From: Spirochaetaceae bacterium
Lineage (GTDB): Bacteria > Spirochaetota > Spirochaetia > DSM-2461
Length of the DNA stretch: 64,000 nucleotides
NCBI GenBank assembly: GCA_965224705.1
Contig: OZ245056.1
Location: 352,001-416,000 of the forward strand
Direction of reading: 5' to 3'
A model generated the notes under the pieces. That model was not told the origin of the DNA. It saw nothing but the letters and a program-made list of their open reading frames with translations, and did not search any database. Shown piece by piece: positions 1 through 12,470 of the stretch. The position numbers and the translations under genes are program-made. How positions within the stretch are numbered: position 1 is the first letter of the stretch; every line of letters begins with the position of its first letter.

Positions 1-22
1 TTCTATCCGGCGTTCTGCAGGC

Positions 23-862
23 TTAACTTTTCTCAGCAGGAGTCAAATCTTTTTTCCATGTAACAGTTTTCTGCTGGAATCCATTCCTTTCCAGCCAGGG
101 ATGGAGAAGACGTCCCGTATCGGGGATGCTGATGATTAGTTCTACGGCACCCAGTGCAACAGCATCAGAAACGCATCGGTCAACAAGAAGCCTCCCAATT
201 CCAAGACCCCGATAATCAGGCAGTACATAGGGACAGCGGATATTGACCACCGGAAGATTGTTCCGGGTTTCGAGATAGATGGATGAAAACCCAACCAATT
301 CTCCGGCAGGTATCATAGCTACAATGGAATTCTCCCGGCTGATCTCGGCAGCAGATGATACCTGCCAGTTTGTGATGATATCGATATCATCTTCGGAAGC
401 CTTTCTTATAGTAAAATCCATGGCGGTGACATCTTCCCAATCCTCCGGTGCTGCTGGATGAAGGTTTTCCAGAACCAATGCATCTGACCATCGGTTCAGC
501 CAGACTATAGCAATTCGCCTCATCTCCCTCTGTTTAAAACGCCGCCAGTGGTTATTCATTTCTGGCCTTTCAGCCAGAATGTTCTTGAAACGCCGAAAAA
601 CTCCTGATCTGGAGCCAAGGACATTCCTCAGCATACGGGAAAAACTCGAGGGGGGGAGGCTTCCCACAAACATATCCATCAGGCGGAATCCATCGACTGG
701 TCCCCATGCAGGCATGGGGATCAAAGTTGTATCATCATCAATCTCCTCTGATACAAGCATACCGTTGTGAGGATTGAGAAAAAGTTTTTCAACCTGGTTT
801 TCCATCCCATACACAATGCGATCAAGAATCTCATCGGTAATGGTCAAACGAAGTGAATTCAT
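23..862 (-). CDS. UPF0158-like N-terminal domain fused to a GNAT N-acetyltransferase
   Basis: N-terminal GFRLMDMFV...GVFRRFKNIL...WRRFK resembles UPF0158; C-terminal YVLPDYRGLGIGRLL is GNAT acetyl-CoA motif A. Confidence 0.75.
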   Translation of the reverse strand: MNSLRLTITDEILDRIVYGMENQVEKLFLNPHNGMLVSEEIDDDTTLIPMPAWGPVDGFRLMDMFVGSLPPSSFSRMLRNVLGSRSGVFRRFKNILAERPEMNNHWRRFKQREMRRIAIVWLNRWSDALVLENLHPAAPEDWEDVTAMDFTIRKASEDDIDIITNWQVSSAAEISRENSIVAMIPAGELVGFSSIYLETRNNLPVVNIRCPYVLPDYRGLGIGRLLVDRCVSDAVALGAVELIISIPDTGRLLHPWLERNGFQQKTVTWKKDLTPAEKS

Positions 863-957
863 AGCAGTATTCTATCGTGGAAAAAATGATGAGAAAAGAT
901 GAACAGGCGTCCCTGGAAATGTCTTGACTCAAACCCCGCCAGGAAGGATGATGATAG

Positions 958-2684
<1,727 letters not shown>

Positions 2685-2702
<18 letters not shown>

Positions 2703-3203
2703 CGGGTAAGGATTAAACAAACACTTGTTCGGGTCCGAACAGGTCATTTTTTTGAAATGGTTTTGTCTATGGACTTCATAGGCTGCAATTCCAACACTAA
2801 CAGCCAGGTTTAAAGACCGTGCTTGAGATAACATGGGTATGCGCAGACATCGTTCAGGCTGTGAAAGCAGCAGTTCATGGGGCAATCCAGCCGTTTCTTT
2901 ACCGAAAACCAGAAATGCTTCTATTTCATATTGAGCTTTATCCACTCGCTTTCCTGCCTTTGTTGTAAAAAACCACAATGGGGCATTCGGGTAAGCCTTG
3001 CGAAAATCAAGCCAGCTGGAATGGCATTCCACTGCAAGTTTCTTCCAGTAATCCAATCCCGATCTTCTCAGATATTTATCCTCAAGTGAGAACCCCAGGG
3101 GCTCAATAAGGTGTAGTTTGGCGTTCAATGCCAGACAGGTTCTCCCTATGCTTCCGGTATTCTGGGGGATTTCCGGCTCGTACAGTACTATATGAAGTTC
3201 CAT
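2685..3203 (-). CDS. trmL: tRNA (cytidine/uridine-34 2'-O)-methyltransferase TrmL (SPOUT)
   Basis: IVLYEPEIPQNTGSIGRTC, RRSGLDYW, FGKETAGLP, RSLNLAVSV. The stop codon lies in the element right end. Confidence 0.95.
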
Positions 3204-3296
3204 TCCACACCCATTATGGCATATTTACTAAAAATCATTGTAAGTACAATGATATCCTGAATGAAAGAGTCTGTATTGCCATCAGATCAACTGGTA

Positions 3297-5369
3297 TCAG
3301 TCCATCAAAACCCTATTCTGTATATTTTGTACCCTGGTTATCATCAGTACTTCCGGGATTGCCCTGATACTTCTTGAGATCTTTTTGAAGTCATCAGAAC
3401 TGAGCATCTCAATTGTAAAGAAACCATCTAATTCTCCGCGTTCATTTTCGTCAAGACTGCCGGAGATGAGATGTCCCTGGTGCTTCCTTATTGAACCTTC
3501 AATTTTACTGAAAAGATTGTGTGTATAACTTGCATGGATTCTAAACTTCTGTATGGATTTATGACTGAAAGTCTCCCACTCAACATGGATACGCCGTTCT
3601 TCAAAATCTTCAATTCCTTTGAGATTGGGACAGTTTTTCTTATGGACAATGATACCCCGCCCTCGGGATATGTAACCAATGATCTGCTCCCCAGATGCAG
3701 GAGAGCAGCAGCGGCTGATCTTAATCAGGGTATTGCGCTCATTATTTATTGCCACTCCAGCTTTGTCGGGATCTATTACCTGAGTTTCCAGTTTGTTTTC
3801 TCCGGCATTATCCTTAATTGAGGTGGTTGGTGATTTTTTCGCAACAATATCGCGGTCGATGACAACACTGGAATCATTTTTATTCAGCCATGCACGTATT
3901 TTATTTCGGGCCCGGGAACTCCTGACATGTTTGAGCCAGTTCACATGAGGGTGGGCTGATTTGGAGGTGAGTATATGTACTGTCTGTGTATTTTTGAGAG
4001 GCCGGTTAAGAGGAGTTATACTTCCATCCGCCCTGGCTCCCGAGCAGTGAGTCCCAATTTCTGAATGAATGTGGTAGGCAAAATCAATCGCTGTTGAGCC
4101 TTCCGGAAGCTCAATGGGCTCTCCCTGGGGAGTGTAAACTATGATGGAGTCCCGTAATACATCCTGCTTGATGGCATTTAAGAATTCTCCTGCATCATCA
4201 TGTCCCTCAGCCTTCAAAACCTGAAGTTGTCTTACAACAGCAATTTCGGATGGTAGAAACTGATCAGGATTCTTACCCACCTTGTAGGCCCAGTGAGCAG
4301 CTATACCATATTCGGCGGTTTCATGCATCTTTTGACTGCGGATTTGAATTTCCAGCCGACGACCTCCCTCTGTGAGGACAGATGTATGAATACTCTGATA
4401 TCCATTACTCTTGGGGTGTGCAATGTAATCCTTCATACGGCCTTCAAGGGGAAGCAGGATTCTGTGGACAATTCCCAGCATCAAATAGCATGCATCGGCC
4501 GAAACACAGATAATTCTCATCCCCAATAAATCATAGATTTCAGGAAGATCCTTATTTCTATCTTTCATCTTCCTGTAAATGGAGTAAAAATGCTTTGCAC
4601 GAGCCTCAATCTTCACCTTGATTTTAGCCTTTAATGCCGCCTGTATGAGTTTTTGTTTCACCTCATTGAGGTGTTGACTTCTCTCTTCTTTTTTTAAATC
4701 GACATGATCCCGGATTTGGGCGAAAAAATCAGGTTTCAGGTATTTGAAACTCAGGTCTTCCAGTTCAGACTTCAGGGAACTCATTCCAAGTTTCCCCGTC
4801 ATAGGGGCATATATTTCAAGGCATTCTCCAGCTATACGACGCCGTCTGCTGTCATCCTGAATGAATTGAAGAGTACTCATATTGTGTCTCTTGTCGGCGA
4901 GTTTTATGAGAATTACCCGAAGGTCATCCACCATGGCCCAAACCATTTTTCGGAGGCTGGCCGCCTTTCGAGAACCTTTACCAATGTTGATATCATCGAT
5001 TTTTGTGACCCCATCAACCAGTGTACAGACCTCTTCACCGAAATGAGCCACCAGTTCATCATGACTGACATCAGTGTCTTCCAGTACATCGTGAAGCAGG
5101 GCACTGATAATGGTGGATGGATCCATCTTCAGTTCAATCAGTATTTCTGCAACTCTCAAGGGATGAATAATATATGGTTCACCGGATTCCCGTTTCTGTC
5201 CCTCATGATTCTTTCTTGACCAATGCAGAGCGTTGAGAATTTTGCGGCGGTTCGTCCGTGAATAGATGCTCAGACGCCCGGTAAACTGACGAATACTCGA
5301 TTCCAGATCCTTTTCAGTGAGTATCAGATCTTTGTCAATCCAGTTCATCATTTCCCCTGAAGTAACCAT
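3297..5369 (-). CDS. rel: Bifunctional (p)ppGpp synthetase/hydrolase (long RSH)
   Basis: HD domain (GEPYIIHP, LLHDVLEDT), synthetase (RMKDYI, YQSIHT, EIQIRS), TGS (STAIDFAYHIH), CC-zinc and ACT-like C-terminus. Start may be the ATG at 5351. Confidence 0.95.
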   Translation of the reverse strand: MVTSGEMMNWIDKDLILTEKDLESSIRQFTGRLSIYSRTNRRKILNALHWSRKNHEGQKRESGEPYIIHPLRVAEILIELKMDPSTIISALLHDVLEDTDVSHDELVAHFGEEVCTLVDGVTKIDDINIGKGSRKAASLRKMVWAMVDDLRVILIKLADKRHNMSTLQFIQDDSRRRRIAGECLEIYAPMTGKLGMSSLKSELEDLSFKYLKPDFFAQIRDHVDLKKEERSQHLNEVKQKLIQAALKAKIKVKIEARAKHFYSIYRKMKDRNKDLPEIYDLLGMRIICVSADACYLMLGIVHRILLPLEGRMKDYIAHPKSNGYQSIHTSVLTEGGRRLEIQIRSQKMHETAEYGIAAHWAYKVGKNPDQFLPSEIAVVRQLQVLKAEGHDDAGEFLNAIKQDVLRDSIIVYTPQGEPIELPEGSTAIDFAYHIHSEIGTHCSGARADGSITPLNRPLKNTQTVHILTSKSAHPHVNWLKHVRSSRARNKIRAWLNKNDSSVVIDRDIVAKKSPTTSIKDNAGENKLETQVIDPDKAGVAINNERNTLIKISRCCSPASGEQIIGYISRGRGIIVHKKNCPNLKGIEDFEERRIHVEWETFSHKSIQKFRIHASYTHNLFSKIEGSIRKHQGHLISGSLDENERGELDGFFTIEMLSSDDFKKISRSIRAIPEVLMITRVQNIQNRVLMD

Positions 5370-6204
5370 AAATCACCCTATCACGATTACCAAGATCCTT
5401 CCTGATACCGATGGATTCAAACCTGTTTCCCAGGAGTATCTTTCTCACAGTGTTCATTTGTAATGGACTCACTTCCAATAGTAGAATTCCTCCGGGCTTT
5501 AGATGGTACGCAGCTTGATGTACAAGTTGGCTCACCAGGCTCAGTCCATCTCCTTCACCTCCATCCAGTGCTTCTGCCGGTTCTTTCCAGCCCCGGGTCC
5601 TCTTCTCCAATACTTCACCACTGGTGAGGTAGGGTGGATTGGAAACAATTATATCCAATGAATTAAAGATGCCAACAAGTAGACAGGTCTGAATGTATTT
5701 TATTCGGCCATTTACGAGTTTTCTGTTATTTATATGGAAGTATTTTCCTGCAGCATCGGATATATCTGATGCAGAGATCTCCCAACAGGGATGTTCAACA
5801 GCAAGGGAAACAGCCAGGGGGCCTGGACCACAGCAACAGTCATGGAGATGACCAGGGGTCATTTTCTCCATGAATTCAAGAGTTGTTTCAACAAGTATCT
5901 CCGTATCCGGTCTGGGGCAGAGAACACCTGGTCCCACTTTGAAATCCATACCCCAGAATTCTCTGCTCCCGGTAATCCAGGAAACTGGTTCACCATTCAC
6001 TCGTCGATGGAGTAGATCATCAAAGATGGTCATTTCAACTGACCCAACATCTTCCCTGAGATTCATGTAGAGCTTCTCTCGATTCAAACCAAGGGCATGA
6101 GCAAGAAGCAGGGAGGCATCCAGATGCGGGGTATCCGAATCGCAATGTTCCAGAGTTTTCCGAGCATCATTGAGAATGTCCCTGATGGTCATGAAATCAT
6201 TCAC
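5335..6204 (-). CDS. prmC: Release factor glutamine methyltransferase
   Basis: [23 protein letters not shown]; directly downstream of prfA. Confidence 0.95.
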   Translation of the reverse strand: MNDFMTIRDILNDARKTLEHCDSDTPHLDASLLLAHALGLNREKLYMNLREDVGSVEMTIFDDLLHRRVNGEPVSWITGSREFWGMDFKVGPGVLCPRPDTEILVETTLEFMEKMTPGHLHDCCCGPGPLAVSLAVEHPCWEISASDISDAAGKYFHINNRKLVNGRIKYIQTCLLVGIFNSLDIIVSNPPYLTSGEVLEKRTRGWKEPAEALDGGEGDGLSLVSQLVHQAAYHLKPGGILLLEVSPLQMNTVRKILLGNRFESIGIRKDLGNRDRVIYGYFRGNDELD

Positions 6205-7300
6205 TCAGAGCTGTTTTGATGGCATGTACTTTCAGAGATTCAATAAACTCGTTTATCTCTCCCTGCATCACATGGTCGAGTTTATAGAGTGTGAGGTTGA
6301 TGCGGTGATCAGTTACCCTGTTCTGTGGAAAATTATACGTGCGAATCCGTTCTGATCGATCACCACTCCCCACCTGGCTTTTACGGCTGGCGGCCCGCTC
6401 GGCTTGTTTTTTGGATTCCACAGCTTCGTATAAACGGCTGCGCAAAACCCTCATGGCCCTGGCTCTGTTCTTAATTTGACTTTTTTCATCCTGGCAGATT
6501 ACGACAAGTCCTGAGGGCAGATGGGTAATCCGTACTGCAGAATCCGTTGTATTAACACTCTGCCCCCCAGGACCACTTGAGCGGTATACATCAATTTTTA
6601 GGTCAGCATCATCAAGTTCAATATCCGTCTCTTCTGCTTCGGGAAGCACGGCTACCGTTACGGCTGAGGTATGAATTCGGCCCTGAGATTCAGTGATCGG
6701 GACTCGTTGAACACGGTGGACACCTGATTCGTAGCGTAAATCGCCGTAAACACTTTTACCTGTAACGGAGAAAATGATTTCTTTGAATCCTCCAGCTTCG
6801 GATTCACTGGATTCCATTATTTCAATCTTCCATCGTCGTGTTTCGGCATAGCGGCTGTAAACTCTGTAGAGGTCAGCAGCAAAGATACTCGCCTCGTCAC
6901 CACCTGTTCCAGCTCGTATTTCAATTATTATGTTCTTTCCATCAAGGGGATCCCGTGGAATGATGAGGAGTTTTAATTGATCAATACATCTTTCCAAAGA
7001 TTTTTCAAGGGGAGGAATTTCCTGGATGGCCATTTCTCTCAGTTCAGGATCAAATTCAGATTCAGCCATTTGCTGTGCATCATCCAGCTCAGATTTTTTC
7101 GATAGAAAGTCCGCATAGGTAGACATGGTTTCTTCCATATGCCCATATTCCTGCATGGTTTCCTTGTATAGTTTTGGATTTTTGGGAAGATTGGGATCGG
7201 CAATGCTCTCCTGCAGCTCTTTGTATCGAATCTTCAGAGCATTCAGCCGTTGTTCCAACAAAGTTGTATCAGTCATGGTGTCTACCTTAACCGAATTCAT
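6197..7300 (-). CDS. prfA: Peptide chain release factor 1
   Basis: [22 protein letters not shown] (PxT motif of RF1), [17 protein letters not shown]. Confidence 0.97.
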   Translation of the reverse strand: MNSVKVDTMTDTTLLEQRLNALKIRYKELQESIADPNLPKNPKLYKETMQEYGHMEETMSTYADFLSKKSELDDAQQMAESEFDPELREMAIQEIPPLEKSLERCIDQLKLLIIPRDPLDGKNIIIEIRAGTGGDEASIFAADLYRVYSRYAETRRWKIEIMESSESEAGGFKEIIFSVTGKSVYGDLRYESGVHRVQRVPITESQGRIHTSAVTVAVLPEAEETDIELDDADLKIDVYRSSGPGGQSVNTTDSAVRITHLPSGLVVICQDEKSQIKNRARAMRVLRSRLYEAVESKKQAERAASRKSQVGSGDRSERIRTYNFPQNRVTDHRINLTLYKLDHVMQGEINEFIESLKVHAIKTALSE

Positions 7301-7315
7301 GTTTCCAGGAAAGAG

Positions 7316-7945
7316 CTAAAATCCTACTGTTTCCTTACCACCGGGTAAAGGGGGGCTCGTCGATGCAGGAACTGGAGGTACTTTTCTCATTCCTGCGGTT
7401 CGGCTGAATCCGAAAAATGCCCCGCAGGCAGCTCCAATGATGTGAGAAATCTGAGAAATATCATCATACCGGAAAATTGCGAGGAATTCCTTGAATAAAT
7501 AAAGACCGATAACCAGGATTGCCGTAATTGGGAATTCCCCGGCTTTGATGTTGGCAAAACTAACCATGAGAATCAACATGAATGCTACACCGCTGGATCC
7601 CATGAGGGCTGAGTCAAAGAAAAAAGCATTGATCAATCCATTTACCAGAGCCGTGATAACAATCATCCAGGATAAGGACTTTGAACCAAATTTTTCTTCG
7701 AGTATGGGACCCAATAGGAGAATCAGAGTTAGATTGGACAGTAGATGATCCCAGTCCGCATGACCGAACACATGGGTCAGCATCCGCATATATGCTGGAA
7801 TATTATCTAATTGGAAGGTCACTGTACCTTCTGCTGTAAAAATTGCTTCAATGATTCCAGGGAGTACATATTGGTCAATTAGAAGAACTATTGTTGCAAT
7901 AACTGTAAAGGTAAGGGTGGTTGGGGCATTGTACTTCAATCTCAT
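7316..7945 (-). CDS. Rhomboid family intramembrane serine protease
   Basis: HADWDHLLSN, catalytic GSSG and SHIIG, several TM helices. Start placed at MRLKYNAP; the ORF track extends to 8014. Confidence 0.88.
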   Translation of the reverse strand: MRLKYNAPTTLTFTVIATIVLLIDQYVLPGIIEAIFTAEGTVTFQLDNIPAYMRMLTHVFGHADWDHLLSNLTLILLLGPILEEKFGSKSLSWMIVITALVNGLINAFFFDSALMGSSGVAFMLILMVSFANIKAGEFPITAILVIGLYLFKEFLAIFRYDDISQISHIIGAACGAFFGFSRTAGMRKVPPVPASTSPPLPGGKETVGF

Positions 7946-8058
7946 ATAGAGTTTATCGGCTGTTTTATTGAGTTCGAAAATAGAAATATGCTCCGCTTCA
8001 GTGGTGGACCGCACGGCGTGGTACTTTGATCCTGTCCCGAAAAAATGGAGTGCTGGTT

Positions 8059-8120
8059 AAGCCAGGCTATAACAGGTTTCCTGACACTCATAGAGTATTA
8101 GTGACCGGAAGCCTGTAAAA
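8059..8120. repeat. Two back-to-back family A terminal fragments
   Basis: AAGCCAGGCTATAACAGGTTTCCTGACAC (reverse complement of the 220-bp subtype end), then after a short spacer GTGACCGGAAGCCTGTAAAA (degenerate TIR). Confidence 0.65.
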
Positions 8121-8233
8121 CGAAATAAGAGAGAATTCTTGATCTCTCGGGCAGGTGATTCTGATTACGGTCAAGGAAGAATTGTCTGGAAAGACTCTAT
8201 ATACCAATGTCAGAATTATAGTACTCTCTTACC

Positions 8234-9664
8234 ATGAGTGATACATCTGTCGGAAATAACTATCCAAGCCTCGAAGGAACCAAAACGCCTCTTCCCCAAC
8301 TGGAGAAGGAAGACTATTCCAGACTTCCCCGTTTAAGGAATGTTATTGCCATTGCCTTTCCCATGGTGATCAGTCAGGCCTCGGAAACAGTGAATCTATT
8401 TGTTGACAGATTATTCCTTTCCCGACTTGGAAAACTATACATAGCAGGAGCCATGACCGGGGGCATCACTGCATTTTGCGTGATGTCGTTTTTTATCGGC
8501 ATAGCAGGGTTTGTTAATGCTATTGTTGCTCAGCACCATGGTGCTGGAGAAAAACAAAAATGCTCCCAGGCAACTGTTCAGGCCATTTACTTGAATTTTG
8601 TGGGCTGGCCACTCATTCTATTTACCATTCCTCTGGTTGAAATGCTGCTCACGGGGCTGGGTCATCTTCCTGAACAAGTCGCCATAGAAATGTCTTACTT
8701 TCGTATACTCATCTATGGTTCCATTTTAGGATTGACCAGACAGGCCATCACCGGTTTTTTCATCGGACTGGGCCGAACCCGGATTGTCATGTTTGCCAAC
8801 TGTGTGAGTATGCTGGTCAACATACCGGCGAATTGGATTTTAATCTTTGGGAAATTCGGCATGCCGGCATTGGGTATTCAGGGAGCCGCTGCAGGAACTC
8901 TGCTGGGCAATGCCGTGGCCCTCGGAGTCCTTTTCGCAGTCTATTTTTCCAAACATTACAGGGAAGTATTTAATACAATCGGAGATTGGAGATTCAACAG
9001 GAAAATGATGAGAATTCTGTTAGAATTTGGTGCTCCTGCTGGAGGAGAGTTTTTTCTCAATGTGTTTGCATTCAATCTATTCATTCAGCTCATGCACTCA
9101 TACAATGCGGACACTGCCGTCGCAGTTACAATTGCCCTGAACTACGACATGCTGGCCTTTGTGCCTATGCTGGGTATTGGTTTTGCTGCGACCACTCTTT
9201 CCGGTCGTTATGTTGGAGCCCGTAACATTCCCGGAGCAGAACGAGCCACTCGCTTAAATCTGCTTACAGCCTGGACCGTTGGCTCGATATTTGTTATTAT
9301 TTTTGTGGCAGCAGCCCAGCCCCTGGTAAACTTGTTTTCTTCAGGACTTGAGGATAGAGGAGTGAACGTGGCCCCAATGGCCCGTACAATGCTTCGTCTG
9401 GCCGCCATCTACATCCTGGCTGATGCCACACAACTGGTTTTATCCGGTTCCCTCCGAGGAGCAGGCGACACAAAATTCATCATGTGGATATCGGTTATCA
9501 TGCATTGGGTTTTTGTCGGAATTCTCTGGTATGCGGTTAAAATTGCCATGATTTCTCCCATTTCCTCCTGGATTATCTTTATTGGCTTCGTTGTGCTGCT
9601 TGGTTGTGCCATGTTCCTCCGGTACAGATTTGGGAAGTGGCGTCAACTGAGTCTTGTCAGCTGA
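8234..9664 (+). CDS. MATE family efflux transporter
   Basis: About 12 hydrophobic segments; NIPANWILIFGKFGMPALGIQGAAAGT and GSLRGAGDTK are MATE signatures. Confidence 0.93.
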   Translation: MSDTSVGNNYPSLEGTKTPLPQLEKEDYSRLPRLRNVIAIAFPMVISQASETVNLFVDRLFLSRLGKLYIAGAMTGGITAFCVMSFFIGIAGFVNAIVAQHHGAGEKQKCSQATVQAIYLNFVGWPLILFTIPLVEMLLTGLGHLPEQVAIEMSYFRILIYGSILGLTRQAITGFFIGLGRTRIVMFANCVSMLVNIPANWILIFGKFGMPALGIQGAAAGTLLGNAVALGVLFAVYFSKHYREVFNTIGDWRFNRKMMRILLEFGAPAGGEFFLNVFAFNLFIQLMHSYNADTAVAVTIALNYDMLAFVPMLGIGFAATTLSGRYVGARNIPGAERATRLNLLTAWTVGSIFVIIFVAAAQPLVNLFSSGLEDRGVNVAPMARTMLRLAAIYILADATQLVLSGSLRGAGDTKFIMWISVIMHWVFVGILWYAVKIAMISPISSWIIFIGFVVLLGCAMFLRYRFGKWRQLSLVS

Positions 9665-9676
9665 AGACATTCCTTC

Positions 9677-11506
9677 ATGACCGGAAGATCATACATTTTG
9701 ATTCACACAGCACTCCTTGCGGAGGCCCGACCCATCATACGATATTTCGGACTCCACCAATCCGAAACAAAACCATTCAGGCTGTTTTGCAACGAACAGA
9801 TACTGCTTATCGTTTCCGGTGTTGGCAAAGAATCCACCCGGAAGGCATTGAAATGGATTACTGATCGATTTCAATTATCTTCAGCGATTAACATCGGTAT
9901 GGCGGGATGCAATGATACAGACATGAAAATCGGCACTTTCTTCGCAGTACAGGGTGGTCCGGATACAGCACTCCGTCTCCCACTGCATACAAGCAGCATC
10001 CCCCTGAAAATCAATGAATGCGAGTTCCCCGAATCCACTCTGGTCGATATGGAAGCTTCTCACTTCATCTCTTCACTTACCCATGTTCTCGATACCAGCA
10101 GTATTCACATCCTCAAGGTTCTTTCTGACTATTTGAGTGATACCATTCCCAATAGAGCTTTTATTGACAGTCTCATTGAGAATACGCTTCCTCAATGGAC
10201 GTCTCTTGTTGACCCTTATCCGGAGAAAATCAGCCAGGTATTCAGTGAGCCTCCTTCACAGAATCTTCTCCCTGACGATAAAGAGGCCATACGAAATGCG
10301 GCCCTGGCCTTCCGATTCAGTTACCAGGAAATAAAAACTCTTGTAACCATGGCTCTCGACTTCGTCTCCTGGGATGAGGAGCCTATTTCCCAGCGGTTCA
10401 GGAGAAAATTCCAGTCCCGTAAAAACGCCTGGAATGCTATTCGAAGTGAATGGGAAAATTCTGTGAATCAAACAAAGACATATGAAGGGTTTATAGGTGA
10501 AAGTCCTCGAAAAAACACGGGAGCGAAGGAAATCATTGAGATTGACCGCCCAGGTCCAGGATTCGGTCTCTGTCCGGTGGCATCACAAAGAACCCGATGC
10601 TGCAATCTTCGTACTCTGGATGCCATTGAAGGCTGCGGATTTGACTGCAGCTACTGCTCCATCCGCCATTTCTACAACAGCGAGCAAGTTGGTTTCAACC
10701 GGGATTTCCTGGACAAGCTCAAAGCCATTGAACTCAATCCAGAAAAAGTCTACCACATCGGAACAGGGCAATCCTCAGATTCCCTTATGTGGGGAAATCG
10801 TGCCGGTATACTGGACGGGTTGTTGGATTTTGCCGGAGAGAATCCCAACGTTATTCTAGAGTTCAAAACCAAATCGGACAATGTTTCCCACCTTCTTCAC
10901 CGTAAGGTTCCAGCCAATGTTATCACGACATGGTCACTGAATCCCCAGATTATCATCGACAATGAAGAGCACTTCACGGCATCTCTGGAGCGGCGAATTC
11001 AATCGGCCAGGCAATTGACCGCCCAGGGAAATCTTGTTGGTTTTCACTTCCACCCTTTGGTCCATTATGATGGATGGGAGACAGATTACGAAGAAGTAAT
11101 CAGATCTCTGTTGAGCCAGTTTGATCCAGCCGATGTCGTGATGATTTCTCTTGGAACTCTCACCTTCACCAGGCCAGTATTAAAGAAGATGAGGAAGCAT
11201 CCCATGAGGAGCCGTATTCTTCAAATGCCGCTTGAAGAGACTGGAGGAAAATTCTCCTATCCGCTTGCAATCAAACAGAAGATGTTTCGCCATACCTATG
11301 AATGCTTTATTCCCTGGCATGAAAAGGTGTTTTTTTATCTCTGCATGGAACACCCTTCCCTATGGCCCGATGTGTTCGGGTATGACTATGACGACAATGA
11401 GGGATTTGAAACAGCGATGATCGACTCCTACATGAAAAAAATTCTCAGTGTCAGAAAGCCTGTAAAACCCTCTTCAACCCATTCCAGAAATCCAACTCCC
11501 TCCTGA
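9677..11506 (+). CDS. Fusion of an MTA/SAH-nucleosidase-like (PNP_UDP_1 fold) domain and a spore photoproduct lyase-like radical SAM domain
   Basis: N-terminal SGVGK, INIGMAG, VDMEA, KVLSD; C-terminal CGFDCSYC (CxxxCxxC), GTGQSSDSL, LEFKTKS, WSLNP, FHFHP, YLCME. Confidence 0.82.
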   Translation: MTGRSYILIHTALLAEARPIIRYFGLHQSETKPFRLFCNEQILLIVSGVGKESTRKALKWITDRFQLSSAINIGMAGCNDTDMKIGTFFAVQGGPDTALRLPLHTSSIPLKINECEFPESTLVDMEASHFISSLTHVLDTSSIHILKVLSDYLSDTIPNRAFIDSLIENTLPQWTSLVDPYPEKISQVFSEPPSQNLLPDDKEAIRNAALAFRFSYQEIKTLVTMALDFVSWDEEPISQRFRRKFQSRKNAWNAIRSEWENSVNQTKTYEGFIGESPRKNTGAKEIIEIDRPGPGFGLCPVASQRTRCCNLRTLDAIEGCGFDCSYCSIRHFYNSEQVGFNRDFLDKLKAIELNPEKVYHIGTGQSSDSLMWGNRAGILDGLLDFAGENPNVILEFKTKSDNVSHLLHRKVPANVITTWSLNPQIIIDNEEHFTASLERRIQSARQLTAQGNLVGFHFHPLVHYDGWETDYEEVIRSLLSQFDPADVVMISLGTLTFTRPVLKKMRKHPMRSRILQMPLEETGGKFSYPLAIKQKMFRHTYECFIPWHEKVFFYLCMEHPSLWPDVFGYDYDDNEGFETAMIDSYMKKILSVRKPVKPSSTHSRNPTPS

Positions 11507-11630
11507 ACCCTCACATACAACGGAACATTACGACTGGATTTCTCCGAATTACACCATTCGCACATCCAGGTTTTCAGCTCTTCTTCACTCAGATTGACCT
11601 TGCTAAAACAACCCGTTTCAGCCAACACCT
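11448..11630 (-). mobile_element. Diverged 3' fragment of a family A IS (right end plus transposase C-terminus)
   Basis: Minus strand reads FSKVNLSEEELKTWMCEW...PLYVRV versus LSKVNLGAAEKKTWLCEW...PLYVKV in the intact transposase; TIR at 11448. Confidence 0.9.
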
Positions 11631-11833
11631 GTATTGTAAAAAGAAACGTCTGCAGTGATCTGTGTGAGACAACTATTGAGAAACAGTCAGTGTGAAACCT
11701 CTGACGAACTTCTTATCAGTTCATCAGCAGTTTTTTACAAATTGTTCGCCGGGTGGTTTGTAAGCCCTTCTTTGATCCATTAACCTGGAAGGGTATATCT
11801 TTCCCGTACAATTTCCGTGGGAACAACATTTGC

Positions 11834-11862
11834 TTGACAAATGCCGCGATTAACCATACCTT
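11834..11862 (+). promoter_or_regulatory. Putative sigma70 promoter for tpx
   Basis: TTGACA-17 bp-TACCTT, about 40 nt upstream of the ATG. Confidence 0.55.
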
Positions 11863-11900
11863 ACAAGTTAAGGAGTATTCTTTATGGTTGGGAGAATAAT

Positions 11901-12401
11901 ATGATTACGTTTAAGGGTAGTCCAGTGACGTTGACAGGCCCTGAAATCAAGGCAGGCGATACAGCCCCTGACTTCACGGTCACAAACAATGATTTGTCAC
12001 CATCAACCCTTGCAGATTATGAAGGCAAGGTCATTATATTAATTGCTGTTCCTTCCCTGGATACAGGTGTTTGCGATACCGAAGTTCGTCGCTTCAATAA
12101 GGAGGTTGTTAATCTCAGTAAGGATGTGGTTGTCCTGACCATTTCAATGGATCTGCCTTTTGCTCAATCACGCTGGTGTGCTGCTGCTGGTATTGAATCG
12201 GTGAAATGTTTGTCAGATTACAAGAATGCATCCTTTGGAACGGCATTTGGAACTCTTATCAAGGAACTGCACCTTCTTACGCGAGCCTGCTTTGTCATTG
12301 ATAAAACGGGACAAGTCGTTCATGCACAGTATGTTCCTGAGGTTACGGATGAGCCTGATTATACCTCTGTTATCGAAGCTGCAAAATCGGTAAGCCGTTG
12401 A
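11901..12401 (+). CDS. tpx: Thiol peroxidase (atypical 2-Cys peroxiredoxin)
   Basis: ITFKGSPVTL, VPSLDTGVCD, SMDLPFAQSRWC; ATG at 11901 after GGAGA. Confidence 0.95.
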   Translation: MITFKGSPVTLTGPEIKAGDTAPDFTVTNNDLSPSTLADYEGKVIILIAVPSLDTGVCDTEVRRFNKEVVNLSKDVVVLTISMDLPFAQSRWCAAAGIESVKCLSDYKNASFGTAFGTLIKELHLLTRACFVIDKTGQVVHAQYVPEVTDEPDYTSVIEAAKSVSR

Positions 12402-12470
12402 GTCATTGAGGAATCCCAGGAGAAACTTGATCTCTGGAATTTCCTTTTCGAGCGGCTGATGGGAGACCAT

